From assembly GCA_030666985.1 (NCBI GenBank), contig DAOUWT010000001.1, positions 1 to 58,452 of the forward strand: 58,452 bases of DNA, written 5' to 3'. This DNA is from Chloroflexota bacterium. Lineage in GTDB: Bacteria > Chloroflexota > Anaerolineae > Anaerolineales > UBA11858. A program made the position numbers and the translations under genes. Under the pieces are notes generated by a model, which was given only the letters and a program-made list of their open reading frames with translations, searched no databases and was not told the origin of the DNA. Below, piece after piece: positions 33,101 to 41,946 of the stretch (position 1 is the stretch's first letter; each line of letters begins with the position of its first letter).

Positions 33101-35605
33101 CCCGCTGAGTTAGGAAACCTATCCAACTTGGCAAACCTTGATCTGAGTTATAACCAACTGAGTGGCAGCATCCCTCCCGAACTGGGAAACCTATCGAATT
33201 TGGAGTACCTTAATTTGTCCGAGAATCAACTGAGCGGTAATATACCCTCCGAATTGGGCAATCTATCCAATTTGGGAGTGCTATCTTTGTACGGGAACGA
33301 TTTAAGTGGCAGCATCCCCCCCGAGCTGGGAAATTTGTCCAACTTGGAAGAGCTCATGCTGGGCTACAACCAACTGAGCGGTAGCATCCCTCCCGACTTG
33401 GGTAATCTATCCAATTTGCGAAGGCTATCTTTGCATGGTAACAATTTGAGTGGCAGCATTCCCTCTGAACTAGGTAATCTTTCCAATTTGACCAAAATTG
33501 AATTACAAAATAACCAACTAAATGACAGTATCCCCTCTGAACTGGGTAACTTATCCAACTTGGAAATGCTTATTCTGGCTGGTAATGAATTGAGTGGCAG
33601 TATCCCATCTGAACTAGGTAGTTTAACTAATTTGTTTTATCTTGTGCTTAGCAATAATCAATTAACAGGTGAGATTCCCACTGAGTTAGGTAACCTTTTT
33701 ACTAGCGTATCGCTCGGGAATCAACAAGATATAGGTGACCCTCATCCAATGGGTGGTGGTGGGGGAGGACCAATTCTTGATTTGAGCAATAATCAATTAA
33801 GTGGTCATATTCCTTCTGAGTTAGGCAATATGGAGAATCTTTCTTGGCTTGGTTTGGCCGGAAATAAGTTAACCGGCACCATCCCAACAGAAATTGGACA
33901 ACTTAGTAATCTCCAAATTTTGCAATTGGATCGAAATGCACTGTCAGGGGAGATACCAAGCACCATAACGAATTTGACTAACCTAAGAACGGTATGGGAA
34001 ACTGATCTTGGCTATAACATGATATATTCAACAAACTCCGCTGTCATTGACTTTTTGGATGTGAAGGATTTTGATTGGGATATTTCCCAAACTATTCCGC
34101 CCAGTGATGTTCAAATAACTATGGTTGGACAAAGTAGCCTGAAATTGTCTTGGACACCCATACCTTATCTAGGACATGGTGGATACTATGAAATCAGTTA
34201 TTCCACCATAAAAGGAGGCCCATACACACTTCATGGCCAGACCCAGGATAAATCCGTAAGCGAATATATCGTAGACGGTTTATCCCCTGATACAACTTAT
34301 TACTTCGTTGTACGCACGTTCACACCTGCGCATGGAGCCGCTGATATGCCCGCCCATGAACCGCAACAAAATGATTTGCTTAGCGACCCAAGTGGTGAGG
34401 TCTCTGTCAAAACTTCCTCTTTTTCAATTTTACAGACTGATGACTACAATGTTGCCCCTGGTGATAACGTCGTTGTTTCCATTGAAGCTCTAGACCTTCC
34501 CAGTTCTGGCCTGGGGGCTGCCACAGTCGAAGTTCATTATGATCCTTCCATACTTGAAATCGTTAACTGCGTTGTTGACCCTGATGGTCGATTTGACTTT
34601 GGGAATTGCAATAAGGACTACGAAAATGATGGAAGAGCCTTAGATATAGTTCGTTTCAATTTGACTTCTCTGACCGGGATACCTGGGAACGAATTACTAG
34701 CAAACATCACTTTCAAAGCTATTGGAATTGCAGGAGAGGTCAGCGTTGTTGATATTGTCAAAGTTACATTCGCGGATACGGATGGTGAGCCTATTTCGGT
34801 GAATGACCAAGATGGAAGTGTTTCATTATTCTTCCAAGGAAATGTGAGTGGCGATGGGAACATTGATGTCATCGATGGCATGTTTATTCTACAATTCGAT
34901 GTCGGCTTAAGAGGTGGCAGCAGCCAATACCCGCCCCCTCAAGGTTCGATGTTTACACCGGCTTGCGATGTCAACCATGATGGAGTCTGTAATATTGTAG
35001 ATGCCCTATTCATTCTTCAATGTGATATTGGCATTCATAATGTATTCTGCCCGGCCGAGGGTCAGGGCACTACTGGGATTATCAAACAAAATAATCATAG
35101 TCCTGGTGTTTTGGGTGAATATCCCAGTGTTGAGGATAGTGCGAGTATAAGTGCTGGGACAGCAGAAGTATCTTCTGGGGAAACGGTTGATATTTCCGTG
35201 GAAGCGAATTTCACAAGTGATAATTTGGGGGCAGCGACCATTGATGTGAGTTATGACCCATTAGTGGCAAACGCTATTGCCTGTACAGCTAATCCCAATA
35301 GTGATTTCGATTACGGGTATTGCAATCCAAATTATGATAACGATGGGGTAAATCCTGATATTGTGCGATTCAATCTGACGTCATTAACGGGCTTGGAAAA
35401 TGGACTTTTATTAGCGAATATAACCTTCGAAGGCGTAGGAAACCCTGGAGATAGTAGTGTCTTGAACGTGGTCCCTATTATAGTCACCGATGCCAGTGGG
35501 GTATCTGTTCCGGTAGCTGATCAAGATGGTGAAATCGAGATTAGCTCTGCGGGAGGAGTGGGTGCTAACGTAATCTACCTCCCAATCATCCAGGTTGGGC
35601 CGTAG
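27158..35605 (+). CDS. Giant (2815-aa) secreted multidomain protein. Domain order: signal peptide, SH3b, M23 peptidase, PT linkers, 7-repeat propeller, two plant-type LRR blocks each with FN3, choice-of-anchor-D-like domain, cohesin-dockerin-cohesin
   Basis: GGAGAGGAGG RBS. Signal peptide ...LPTVHA-Q. M23 motifs HAGVDIVA ... HLHFG (about 27620-28020). SH3b at 27356-27593. Remaining domains are read from the translated sequence, as detailed in the findings. Confidence 0.95.
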   Translation: MNRRSNNQILVRVFSVVLLVSLLFSNLRFFGDLPTVHAQKEKQSMPTMLPSGIESLMSKPLYSSSSFSIGDTVQVTTNLNVRVGPGTGYSEITDPDYLVYEYAPQGTIGEVIDGPVSDGSYIWWKVNFGPGEYTGWSVEMYLTEVAQRYDIQWSTAQSNGWKNPLGEGKTLTTSTAYDFDSGIYKETWSARHAGVDIVASENSSIYAIADGTVEYVTRPTNTENMVVIIRHEGTPHGDFFAVYGHVLAIEGLEKGSQVSAGHKIGASKKCGNPAHLHFGINKYKVAQSGWGRTPVEVDPITEDWVDPVDFLNNNTNNHSNNHPPNAEAAVSTSLYGPFYGYDNPLTVTRGEEITLYFYADKDVDGDGLKSHDPDGWDHAENGVSDGGVCEWNLNLEQQNPYFEMRLHDPVSPDACNILFYNSQNPYTFNDEPGIYEYPLLSITDRKGEQSIVSRIRIRVVDGNTSTPTLTLTPTLTRTPSPTPSLTPTDTPTDTPSSTSTGTPTPTQTDTPTPTQTYTPSPIPTNTLTPTQAQTQTYTPPPTSTEIPPDGSWHTPSAAGKAENEWNNPENAFFSDNNYATAHGTYTEQDYYSFDFDIPPNATIEGVEVAVEGHGEIGGSDQISVELWSTSRNPDETPPLGFWGTKNNGQAGWWLLGNGSDSTIVEGGPSDLWGVNWVPSDFSNDNFLLRIKTFSNPDRVYVDQVKAKVYYTISPTNTPTATSTPTSTATGTATPTTTPQPATPTRIPTSTTEPESGWYIQTVDNDGNIGRYSSLVIDDWGYPHISYQDFGNGDLKYAYWDGSTWHIETVDSEGIVGLFTSLELDESGHPHISYYDDTYDDLKYAYWDGTSWQIETVDSTGFVGGYTSLALDGEGYPHISYNDYGNEDLKYAYWDGTFWNIDTIDSNGNVGRDTSIILDGYGNPHISYLDHGNNDLKYTHQDGSGWHFEVVDTAGSVGHWSTLEIDATNYPHISYYDGSNGHLKYASWNGSSWQREIIANEGIEGLYSSIILDSNDHPHISFHEGFNDDLKYAYWDGSQWHIQVVDDSNDVGQWTSIALDTIGYSHISYYDWGNSNLKYAYQEEIPEQTETPSSTPTNTPTQVPTPNETPSPTPTDTPTPTSTYTPIPTSTFTPTPTPTYTPSPTSTNTPTYTSTSTPSLTPTDTPTPTSTVSPSITLVSFTATIEGLDVKIEWETASEFDLSGFYVLRSLSLDGNYSRISGFIPGEGDSIVGTTYEFIDTNVNSGTNYYYKLEDIDINAVSTFHGPVAVGSTTQTPTPTIVESGTPTRTPTFTPTPTSTFTPSPTPTNTPEQSFCSNVTEIPNEECDALVTLYNSTNGDNWNNNDGWLVTDTPCDWYGVTCTAGHVVRLDLDWNELSRNIPPELGNLSNLEYLRLSGNQLSGNIPSELGNLSNLTDLDLDWNELSGNIPPELGNLSNLAHLNLSSNNLNGNIPTELSNLSHLERLSLYGNDLSGNIPPELGNLTNVVSIRLEGNTLCGEIPSDLGNLSNLAYLDLGDNQLTGSIPAELGNLFTNSELQELQDLGNTTPTGGGGGWLFLDLSNNQLSGHIPSELGNMTKLHMLNLAGNKLTGPIPEVIGNLVNLYFLQLDRNALSGEIPSSITNLTQLETTWETDLGYNMLYSTNPSVIVFLDVKDFDWDSSQTIPPSNVEVAEVGETSVKLSWIPVLYLGHSGYYEIGYATTEGGPYTIYGQTKDKSISEYVVNGLSPDTTYYFVVRTFTPAHGAADMPAHEPQQNDLLSAYSVEASVTTGTTKPEINVKGNGRSIMDGDMLPSTIDNTDFGTINFQDGTITHTFVVENTGNLDLTITLPISVTGTNPGDFNITNSPASLISPGGSTSFTLEFDPSDIGDIEAVISITNNDENENPYEFAVQGNGGIPPIERNALEALYNSTNGENWWNNDGWMDPDISPCEWYGITCSNDHVVKIQLRWNDLEGYIPLELSNLSNLEELSLGGNELAGSMPAELGNLSNLANLDLSYNQLSGSIPPELGNLSNLEYLNLSENQLSGNIPSELGNLSNLGVLSLYGNDLSGSIPPELGNLSNLEELMLGYNQLSGSIPPDLGNLSNLRRLSLHGNNLSGSIPSELGNLSNLTKIELQNNQLNDSIPSELGNLSNLEMLILAGNELSGSIPSELGSLTNLFYLVLSNNQLTGEIPTELGNLFTSVSLGNQQDIGDPHPMGGGGGGPILDLSNNQLSGHIPSELGNMENLSWLGLAGNKLTGTIPTEIGQLSNLQILQLDRNALSGEIPSTITNLTNLRTVWETDLGYNMIYSTNSAVIDFLDVKDFDWDISQTIPPSDVQITMVGQSSLKLSWTPIPYLGHGGYYEISYSTIKGGPYTLHGQTQDKSVSEYIVDGLSPDTTYYFVVRTFTPAHGAADMPAHEPQQNDLLSDPSGEVSVKTSSFSILQTDDYNVAPGDNVVVSIEALDLPSSGLGAATVEVHYDPSILEIVNCVVDPDGRFDFGNCNKDYENDGRALDIVRFNLTSLTGIPGNELLANITFKAIGIAGEVSVVDIVKVTFADTDGEPISVNDQDGSVSLFFQGNVSGDGNIDVIDGMFILQFDVGLRGGSSQYPPPQGSMFTPACDVNHDGVCNIVDALFILQCDIGIHNVFCPAEGQGTTGIIKQNNHSPGVLGEYPSVEDSASISAGTAEVSSGETVDISVEANFTSDNLGAATIDVSYDPLVANAIACTANPNSDFDYGYCNPNYDNDGVNPDIVRFNLTSLTGLENGLLLANITFEGVGNPGDSSVLNVVPIIVTDASGVSVPVADQDGEIEISSAGGVGANVIYLPIIQVGP
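29426..30400 (+). repeat. Seven tandem ~46-aa repeats inside the giant gene (W.IETVDS.G.VG.YTSL.LD..G.PHISY.D....DLKYAYWDG)
   Basis: 325 aa divide into 7 units beginning WYIQTVD, WHIETVD, WQIETVD, WNIDTID, WHFEVVD, WQREIIA, WHIQVVD. The region is flanked by PT linkers. Confidence 0.9.
31125..32475 (+). repeat. Intragenic duplication, copy 1 (LRR N-cap, ~10 LRRs with Gly-rich island, FN3)
   Basis: [38 protein letters not shown] ... [35 protein letters not shown]. Confidence 0.9.
32850..34415 (+). repeat. Intragenic duplication, copy 2 (LRR N-cap, ~13 LRRs with Gly-rich island, FN3)
   Basis: [39 protein letters not shown] ... an identical 35-aa [35 protein letters not shown]. It is ~215 nt longer than copy 1, which equals three extra 72-nt LRR units. 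Confidence 0.9.
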
Positions 35606-35719
35606 GAATGATGTGATTACTCAAAAACTCTACCCTCGCTAAATACATACATTCGTATTACAATAAGTGGGTAGAAATTAACTCATACTGAGAGATAAGC
35701 GCTAGAAGGACAGAAAATT

Positions 35720-37285
35720 ATGAAGAAAAAAATTGCCATTGCTTTGCTGTTTCTACTAGTACTCAGCGTAGCAGTCGGTGGTACGGCTTCCGCCCAATAT
35801 GATGGAAATACTTGGAACACCGCCTATCAGGTAGTGAACATGGGAACCGCCCCGGCCGATATTGTCGTGAGATACTACGACAGCGCGGGCACAGAGATCA
35901 CCGCCGCCGAGAAGACCTTCACCGATGTCCCTGCCAATGGCTCTGTGCTGGTTGTGCAATATACGGATGACCCCGATTTGCCAGAGGGAACCTATTCAGC
36001 CATCATCAGCGCAGACCAGCCCGTGGCCGCCATATCCAACATTCAGCTTGTCCCGGATGGGGCCGGCGCGTACACCCCAGGGCCGCCTTTCTCCACCTAT
36101 AGCGGGCAGGGAGAGGGGGCCGCAACCTTGACCCTCCCGGCCGTGATGCACAACTGGTACGGATATTACACCGAGATCATCATCATGAACACGGACGGAA
36201 CCCAAGCCACCAATGTGGATATTACCTACGTCCCGGGGACGATGGACGTGGGGGCCGGCCCGGAACCGACCGGCGCGGCGGGGGTCACGGAAGTTGACCT
36301 TTCCATCCCCGGCTACGCATCCATCAACCAGAGCCAAGAGAATAAAACAGACCTGGGCGCTCCCACGGGAACCTTTACGGGAAAATTCTTTGGCGCGGCC
36401 ACCATAACCTCAGATAAGCCCATCATTGCTGTGGTGAACCAACATAACGTGGGCAACCATAAGCTCATGACCTATAATGCTTTCACGGAGGCAGGGGCTA
36501 CAGATGTTTTCGTTCCCACCCACATGCGCGGATTTTACAATTACTACACGACCTTACTCGTCTCGAATCCCAGCGCAACCCTGGATGCTGCCGTGACCAT
36601 CACCTATACGCCTGATGAAAACTATTCCAACGTGCCGGAAGCGGGGAGCAGCATTGGGACGGTGGTAGCTGCCCATACCATTTCCCCCCAAACTACCCTG
36701 CTGCGCTACGATGGCCCTGGCTCCAGTGACGGGCAAACTGATCTGGACGACCACGACGAAACGGGACACGCTTATACGCGCTTTTTCGGCTCCGCGAAAA
36801 TCACATCTGATAACCCTGTCCTAGTTCAAGTGAACATCGAAGCGGCTGCCACCAGCGCAGGGCAGGCGGGTTCTTTCAACGGGATTGCCGAGGGGGATGC
36901 CGGTACAGACCTGGTTGCCCCCGTGATCTTGGCAGATTTTTATGGCTACTATACCAGCCTGGTGGTGCAGAACGCCACCGCTACGGAAGGCACCTGCGAC
37001 ATAACCTATACCTCCGATGACACCTACAGCGCGGTAAAGAACCACTCCGAGACCTACCCCCATACCATACCGGCCAGCGGCAGTTTCATGATTTATGAAG
37101 GTCGTGCCAACGACCAGGAAATTGGAGACATCAACAGCGACGTGACCTGGCGGGCCGAAGGAAACAAAGAATTTATCGGCAGCGCGGTGATTTCTTGCGA
37201 TGTAGATGTGGTAGCCTTCGTGAACGAGGAAACCAACAGAAACAACCGCGATACCATGTACACCATGAACACCTTCAAGAAGTGA
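35720..37285 (+). CDS. Secreted protein with four ~120-aa internal repeats, family unknown
   Basis: Signal peptide MKKKIAIALLFLLVLSVAVGGTASA. Repeated YGYYT.(I/L)(I/V).N.......(D/T)ITY(V/T)(P/S) ... F(F/I)G(A/S)A.I(T/S).D.P. GAAGGA RBS. GC content is visibly higher than in the preceding giant gene. Confidence 0.85.
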   Translation: MKKKIAIALLFLLVLSVAVGGTASAQYDGNTWNTAYQVVNMGTAPADIVVRYYDSAGTEITAAEKTFTDVPANGSVLVVQYTDDPDLPEGTYSAIISADQPVAAISNIQLVPDGAGAYTPGPPFSTYSGQGEGAATLTLPAVMHNWYGYYTEIIIMNTDGTQATNVDITYVPGTMDVGAGPEPTGAAGVTEVDLSIPGYASINQSQENKTDLGAPTGTFTGKFFGAATITSDKPIIAVVNQHNVGNHKLMTYNAFTEAGATDVFVPTHMRGFYNYYTTLLVSNPSATLDAAVTITYTPDENYSNVPEAGSSIGTVVAAHTISPQTTLLRYDGPGSSDGQTDLDDHDETGHAYTRFFGSAKITSDNPVLVQVNIEAAATSAGQAGSFNGIAEGDAGTDLVAPVILADFYGYYTSLVVQNATATEGTCDITYTSDDTYSAVKNHSETYPHTIPASGSFMIYEGRANDQEIGDINSDVTWRAEGNKEFIGSAVISCDVDVVAFVNEETNRNNRDTMYTMNTFKK

Positions 37286-37293
37286 TGTTTTTT

Positions 37294-37324
37294 GCGGGAC
37301 GCGGACGAACGCGGAAAACGCGGA
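37294..37324. repeat. Short tandem repeat (ACGCGGA-type words)
   Basis: gcgggacgcggacgaacgcggaaaacgcgga fills the 38-nt spacer before ATG 37324. Confidence 0.7.
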
Positions 37325-38355
37325 TGAAAAGCTACAGATTCTCCCTTTTCCTTCTACTCACAATTGCCCTCGTCGCTTGTTCGGGGAGAGATCTACCTGC
37401 TACGGAAATTTTCTTTCTCTCCGACCGGGATGGGGAGCACGAGCTTTACGCTATGGGCGTGGATGGCGGCCAGGTGCGGCGTGTCCTGAGTGTGGACGCC
37501 CTTCCCTCAGGGGGAGAGATATCCCGCCCCGTGTGGAACCCCGCCCTGGAGCGTCTTTTCTTCGGTGTGAGCGTTGGCTCCAGCTCGGATATTTACCTTT
37601 GTGACCGCTGGGGAGAGGCCTTGCAGAACCTGACGGAGACCCCCGCCCGCTACGAGACCCAGCCCCTCCCCTCCCCCAGCGGCGAATTCGTAGCCTACAC
37701 CGCGGTAGAATTCGACCTGGATATAGGCCTGATGGACAGCGATGGCGGCAATCCCCGCAACCTGACAGCCCACCCGGCCCGGGACGTGTCTCCCCGCTGG
37801 GGGCCGGGTGAGGGCATCCTCCTCTTTTCCTCCAACCGGGAAGGGACGCCCAACATTTTCAGCCTAAGGCTTGCGGGCGGGCAAGTGGTGAACCTCAGCC
37901 AAGGGAAAGGGCAAGACGGAAGCTTCTCCTGGTCTCCCGATGGAAGCCTTATAATTTTCGAAAGCGACCGGGACGGCGCTAAAGATATTTTCGTGATGGA
38001 TGCCGAGGGTGAGGACATCCACAACCTGACCAACACTCCCGCGGGCCGGGAAACATCCCCCGCTTGGTCGCCCGACGGGACGCAGATTGCCTTTTACCTT
38101 GAAGACGAGCGCGGCTGGGACATCTACTTAATGCCATCCGCAGGCGGGTCTCCCCAGGCGGTTACACACACCCCTGAAATCCGCGAATTTAGTATGACTT
38201 GGTCTCCTGATGGGAAGAAACTTCTCTTTACCGCCAAGGAGAACGAATATTTTGACATTTATGTTTTCGAGTTGGCGAGTGCAGAACTTATCTGCCTTAC
38301 TGAGAACGATAGCAATGATTACGCCCCCTTTTGGGTTCAAGTTATAGATGAGTGA
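37324..38355 (+). CDS. TolB-like beta-propeller lipoprotein (PD40/WD40-like repeats)
   Basis: Lipoprotein-type signal MKSYRFSLFLLLTIALVAC. Six to seven PD40 units (WSPDGSLIIFESDRDGAKDIFVMDAEG, WSPDGTQIAFYLEDERGWDIYLM, ...). I place the start at ATG 37324 rather than the tracked 37195. Confidence 0.85.
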   Translation: MKSYRFSLFLLLTIALVACSGRDLPATEIFFLSDRDGEHELYAMGVDGGQVRRVLSVDALPSGGEISRPVWNPALERLFFGVSVGSSSDIYLCDRWGEALQNLTETPARYETQPLPSPSGEFVAYTAVEFDLDIGLMDSDGGNPRNLTAHPARDVSPRWGPGEGILLFSSNREGTPNIFSLRLAGGQVVNLSQGKGQDGSFSWSPDGSLIIFESDRDGAKDIFVMDAEGEDIHNLTNTPAGRETSPAWSPDGTQIAFYLEDERGWDIYLMPSAGGSPQAVTHTPEIREFSMTWSPDGKKLLFTAKENEYFDIYVFELASAELICLTENDSNDYAPFWVQVIDE

Positions 38356-38396
38356 TAATAGCTTAAGGGATGTGGCAATAATAAAGTGTCCCGGTT

Positions 38397-38455
38397 CCGT
38401 GAAAACGTGAAACGTGATGCGTGAACTCACTCTTCACGTTTTCACGTTTCACGAG
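38397..38455. repeat. Imperfect hairpin built from CGTGAAA / TTTCACG heptamer words
   Basis: ccgtgaaaacgtgaaacgtgatgcgtga-actcac-tcttcacgttttcacgtttcacgag, lying after the TolB-like gene. Confidence 0.8.
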
Positions 38456-38516
38456 AAGTTTGGGATAATTATTTTTTGCCAACTCCCTAAGGTCTTGATT
38501 TGTTAGAGGATTTTTT

Positions 38517-39329
38517 ATGAATACAACTACTAAACGAGTGATTTGGGATGTGGGTTTAGTTTTGGTTACAGCCATGATGACTTTTATTGTGACCACGAAA
38601 ATGATGCCCATCTCTCCGGCAGAGCCTGTTCAGGTTTTAGATCCGCCTCAGCCTGTGATAATTGAAAAAACGGTAGAGGTTGAGGTTGTGGTCACGAAAG
38701 AGGTTGTGGTCACGGCCACTCCCAAGCCAGCCACGGCTACGCCCACTCCCACGCCCACCCCGGCGGCCACCTTGGGGCCTGCCTCTGCCCATGCTTCAAT
38801 GATTTGTTTTTCGGGAAACGTCGAGGAAGCTCAACTTGAGAAATACCTCGCCGGGCAAGAAGAACTTCCGAGCGGGGCCAAGGAAGCTGATATCCTGGAT
38901 AGCGGGTATGTCTTCATGGGTTCTGTGCCGTATGGGGGATACAAGTTTTGTGTCTTTACGTATGAGCTTAATCGGGGCGGTGGAGACGGTTTGACTTTGG
39001 CTTTATATAATTATGGCGCTGACGAACCTTTCGAGACATTCATCTTGCAGTCTAGTACGCTCGAGCCGCAGCGCGTTTATGTAGTGATTTCACATAGTCT
39101 ACTTGTCAATCCTAACGGACGCTGGGTTGGAGTGGCTAAATTTATCAATCCCGATAGTGGCGTTTTGCTAGTGGACAGATTGAGCATTGCCGGCAATAAA
39201 AGAGCCGGTGGCGGCGGTGGAGGAGATGATGATGAAGGGGGTGGCGGCGGCGGAGATGACGGCGGCGGCGGTGGGGGTGGTGGTGGCGGAGGAGGTGGGG
39301 GTGGGGGTTCCTCAGGTGGTGGGAGTTAG
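38517..39329 (+). CDS. Membrane-anchored protein with PT linker, globular domain and an extreme Gly/Asp C-terminal tail
   Basis: GAGGA RBS. N-terminal TM VIWDVGLVLVTAMMTFIVTT. Linker ATPKPATATPTPTPTPAA. The C-terminus is RAGGGGGGDDDEGGGGGGDDGGGGGGGGGGGGGGGGSSGGGS. Confidence 0.7.
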   Translation: MNTTTKRVIWDVGLVLVTAMMTFIVTTKMMPISPAEPVQVLDPPQPVIIEKTVEVEVVVTKEVVVTATPKPATATPTPTPTPAATLGPASAHASMICFSGNVEEAQLEKYLAGQEELPSGAKEADILDSGYVFMGSVPYGGYKFCVFTYELNRGGGDGLTLALYNYGADEPFETFILQSSTLEPQRVYVVISHSLLVNPNGRWVGVAKFINPDSGVLLVDRLSIAGNKRAGGGGGGDDDEGGGGGGDDGGGGGGGGGGGGGGGGSSGGGS

Positions 39330-39363
39330 CACTTATACCTGAACTCAGAACAAAGAAATCTCT

Positions 39364-41793
39364 ATGTCCATATTCTACATTGACAAGCAAGCCAAGCTCG
39401 TTTTGAGCGGCTTGCTTGTTGCCTTTTTTCTCTTGATGATGTCTGGCTGTGTTACCTTACCTGATACTGAGGTTGCTCAGACCCGAACCCGCCAGACCGT
39501 GGGGCAAGTCACCCCCTCCCAGAGTGTGGCTCAAACCTTCACCGCCCGCCGGCCTAACCTCAACGGCGTCACCCTCTGGTTCGGCGCGGAGGATGCAGCA
39601 GAGCGGGTTATCGTCACACTTCGGGAGTCTCCCACCGGCCCGCCGCTCACGGTCATTCCCGTCACGGTTTCCCAACTTCCCCGCTACGGGTACGGCTCCA
39701 CCCACGTGGCATTTCCTCCCCAACCTGACTCGGCGAACGGGGATTATTATTTGGAGATTAGCACTCAGGCGGGGGATGTGAATATTTTAGGGCGGGACGA
39801 GGATGCTTACCCGGGAGGGACGGCTTTTTTGAACGCCGAACCAATACCGGGGGATATTGCTTTTCGGTTGACTTATGCCTACACTTTGAGCGATTTTGTG
39901 GGGGATTTACGGGAGGCGGCCCCTTACCTGTGGCTGATTCTGCCCTTGGGGATGATTCTCCTCCTCCCCGGTTGGCTGCTCCTAACCTGGACGAAACTCG
40001 ACTCCCATTTTGACAGCGGGGAGCAAATTGCCCTCAGCGTTGGCCTGAGCCTGGTCATCATTCCCCTCCTCATGCTGTGGACGACTGTCCTCAACTTGGC
40101 CTGGACACAAACGGCGGTCAGGGTGGCTGGAATTATGCTCCTTATTTTAGGCATGATGCACTTGCCGAAACTGAAACACCCTCCCAGCCTATCCGACATT
40201 GACCTGCACGCAGTGGCTCTCTTGGGGATATTTTTGTTGAGCCTAGTCGTGCGCCTGATTATGGTTAGGGATATGGTGGTTCCGGCTTGGGTAGATCCCG
40301 TGCATCACAGCCTAATCACCCGTTTTATTCTTCAGGCCGGAGGATTTCCAGAGAGCTATGCCCCGCACTTCCCGCCCGATGTGAACCATTATCACATCGG
40401 ATTTCATAGTGTATTGGCTACTTTTCAATGGTTGACTGACTTGAGCTTGACAAAGTCCATGCTTATCCTGGGGCAGTTCCTGAATGCTTTGATGATTTTC
40501 GCTGTTTATGCGTTTACTACCACCCTCACCGAAGGTAAAACCGCCGCCCTGGTTGCCGCTTTGATGACGGCCATATTTACGCCCATGCCAGCTTACTACA
40601 CTGCTTGGGGAGGGCGTTATACACAATTGACTGGCCTCCTAATCTTCCCCATAGGACTTGTGTGGGGAAAATTGGCGCGTGAGGGAAAGAAAAACCATCC
40701 TTGGAGCTTGGTTTTTATTGCCAGCCTGACCTTCGGAGGGTTGTTTTTGGTGCATTATCGCGTTACTGCTTTCTTAGGAGTGATTTTGGTGGTTTATGCA
40801 CTGGTTGAAATCTTTTTACCCTCTATAGTAGAGCAAGAGTCTCGCTTAAATATTTTTTATAACTTAGCCAAAACCCTCTTCCCGGCAGGGCTGCTGTCCA
40901 TAGTTTTAACCCTTCCCTGGTTTTTACCTACTTTTTCAGGATTGATTCTTCCGAAATCTCAGGCCTGGAGTGGAGAAGTCACGCCCTTGTTCGCAGACCT
41001 CCGGTGGCATCGTTTTACTATTGGGTTGGGTTCTTATACTCTTGTATTAGCCGGTTTGGGATTACTATGGGCCTTTGGCTGCAAAAAGCGTTTTGCCCTC
41101 ACCCTCACTTTGTGGATTGGAATTCTCTTTGCTCTGGCAAATGTGGGGGCTTTGGCCCTGCCTGGAAATTCACTTATTAATAACACCGCTGTAGAAATTA
41201 GCATCTTTATTCCAGTCTCTCTTTTAGGCGGGTATTTTATTCAGGAGGTGATTGGTTTTTGTCTAAGTAAAGTAGACAGGGAGCGGAAAAGACTTGCCCA
41301 GTGGGGGATCGGTGTGCTGCTCTTGGGAGCGTCTGGTTTTGCTGTACTACGTCTATTGAGTCTTCTTGACCCAAGTTTAGTTTTCTTCCACGCCGCTGAT
41401 TTAGAAGCTGTTACCTGGATTGAGGAGAATATTCCCCAAGAAGAGACTATAGCCCTCAACCCCGCTGTTTGGGGCTACGGGCTTTATTATGGCGAAGATG
41501 GTGGATCTTGGATTTCTCCCTTAGCTGGGAATCTGACCATGCCTCCCCCTGGTCTTTATGGCCTGGGAGCAGAGAAGCGTCTCTATGTTAATCAATTTGT
41601 TCTGGCTGTTCAGAGTACACACCACAATCCGGGTGAGTTGGCACAAATCCTGACTGGCTACGGGGTGAAATATATTTACCTGGGACGGCATGGGGGAATT
41701 TTATCGCCCGCCCTTTTGCAAGAGAGCGAGTTTTTTGAGTGTGTGTATGAAGGTGAGGGAACGTGGGTTTTTGAGGTTGTTGGAGTTCCGTGA
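39364..41793 (+). CDS. 809-aa polytopic membrane protein, possibly a GT-C-fold glycosyltransferase (function uncertain)
   Basis: Lipoprotein-like N-terminus (LLMMSGC) and a ~150-aa extracytoplasmic segment. About 12 or more hydrophobic helices follow, then a ~170-aa soluble C-terminal domain. This architecture resembles ArnT/PMT/YfhO-type enzymes, but I recognised no diagnostic motif. Confidence 0.8.
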   Translation: MSIFYIDKQAKLVLSGLLVAFFLLMMSGCVTLPDTEVAQTRTRQTVGQVTPSQSVAQTFTARRPNLNGVTLWFGAEDAAERVIVTLRESPTGPPLTVIPVTVSQLPRYGYGSTHVAFPPQPDSANGDYYLEISTQAGDVNILGRDEDAYPGGTAFLNAEPIPGDIAFRLTYAYTLSDFVGDLREAAPYLWLILPLGMILLLPGWLLLTWTKLDSHFDSGEQIALSVGLSLVIIPLLMLWTTVLNLAWTQTAVRVAGIMLLILGMMHLPKLKHPPSLSDIDLHAVALLGIFLLSLVVRLIMVRDMVVPAWVDPVHHSLITRFILQAGGFPESYAPHFPPDVNHYHIGFHSVLATFQWLTDLSLTKSMLILGQFLNALMIFAVYAFTTTLTEGKTAALVAALMTAIFTPMPAYYTAWGGRYTQLTGLLIFPIGLVWGKLAREGKKNHPWSLVFIASLTFGGLFLVHYRVTAFLGVILVVYALVEIFLPSIVEQESRLNIFYNLAKTLFPAGLLSIVLTLPWFLPTFSGLILPKSQAWSGEVTPLFADLRWHRFTIGLGSYTLVLAGLGLLWAFGCKKRFALTLTLWIGILFALANVGALALPGNSLINNTAVEISIFIPVSLLGGYFIQEVIGFCLSKVDRERKRLAQWGIGVLLLGASGFAVLRLLSLLDPSLVFFHAADLEAVTWIEENIPQEETIALNPAVWGYGLYYGEDGGSWISPLAGNLTMPPPGLYGLGAEKRLYVNQFVLAVQSTHHNPGELAQILTGYGVKYIYLGRHGGILSPALLQESEFFECVYEGEGTWVFEVVGVP

Positions 41794-41869
41794 GCGGGAA
41801 TTGAGGGGCATACATGTAAAGATGTTTTCGAGTTAAATTTGATTGCTCTGCGTTTGCCCCAATTTCCCA

Positions 41870-41898
41870 TTGACTTTTGACCTCTCTAATACTATACT
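41870..41898 (+). promoter_or_regulatory. Sigma70-type promoter of the TetR gene
   Basis: TTGACT (41870-41875), 17 nt, TATACT (41893-41898). Confidence 0.55.
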
Positions 41899-41922
41899 AA
41901 CTTACCAACCGTTCAGTAAGTT
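41899..41922 (+). promoter_or_regulatory. Inverted repeat immediately downstream of the -10, candidate TetR operator
   Basis: AACTTAC-caaccgttca-GTAAGTT (7-bp arms). Confidence 0.4.
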
Positions 41923-41946
41923 GAGGTAGAACCTAGAGAGGACACC

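Noticed and set aside
39145-39390. 81-aa His/Arg-rich minus-strand ORF
   Set aside because: It is the antisense reading of the poly-Gly/Asp tail codons of 38517-39329 (GGN read as NCC/CCN), so it is a compositional artefact.
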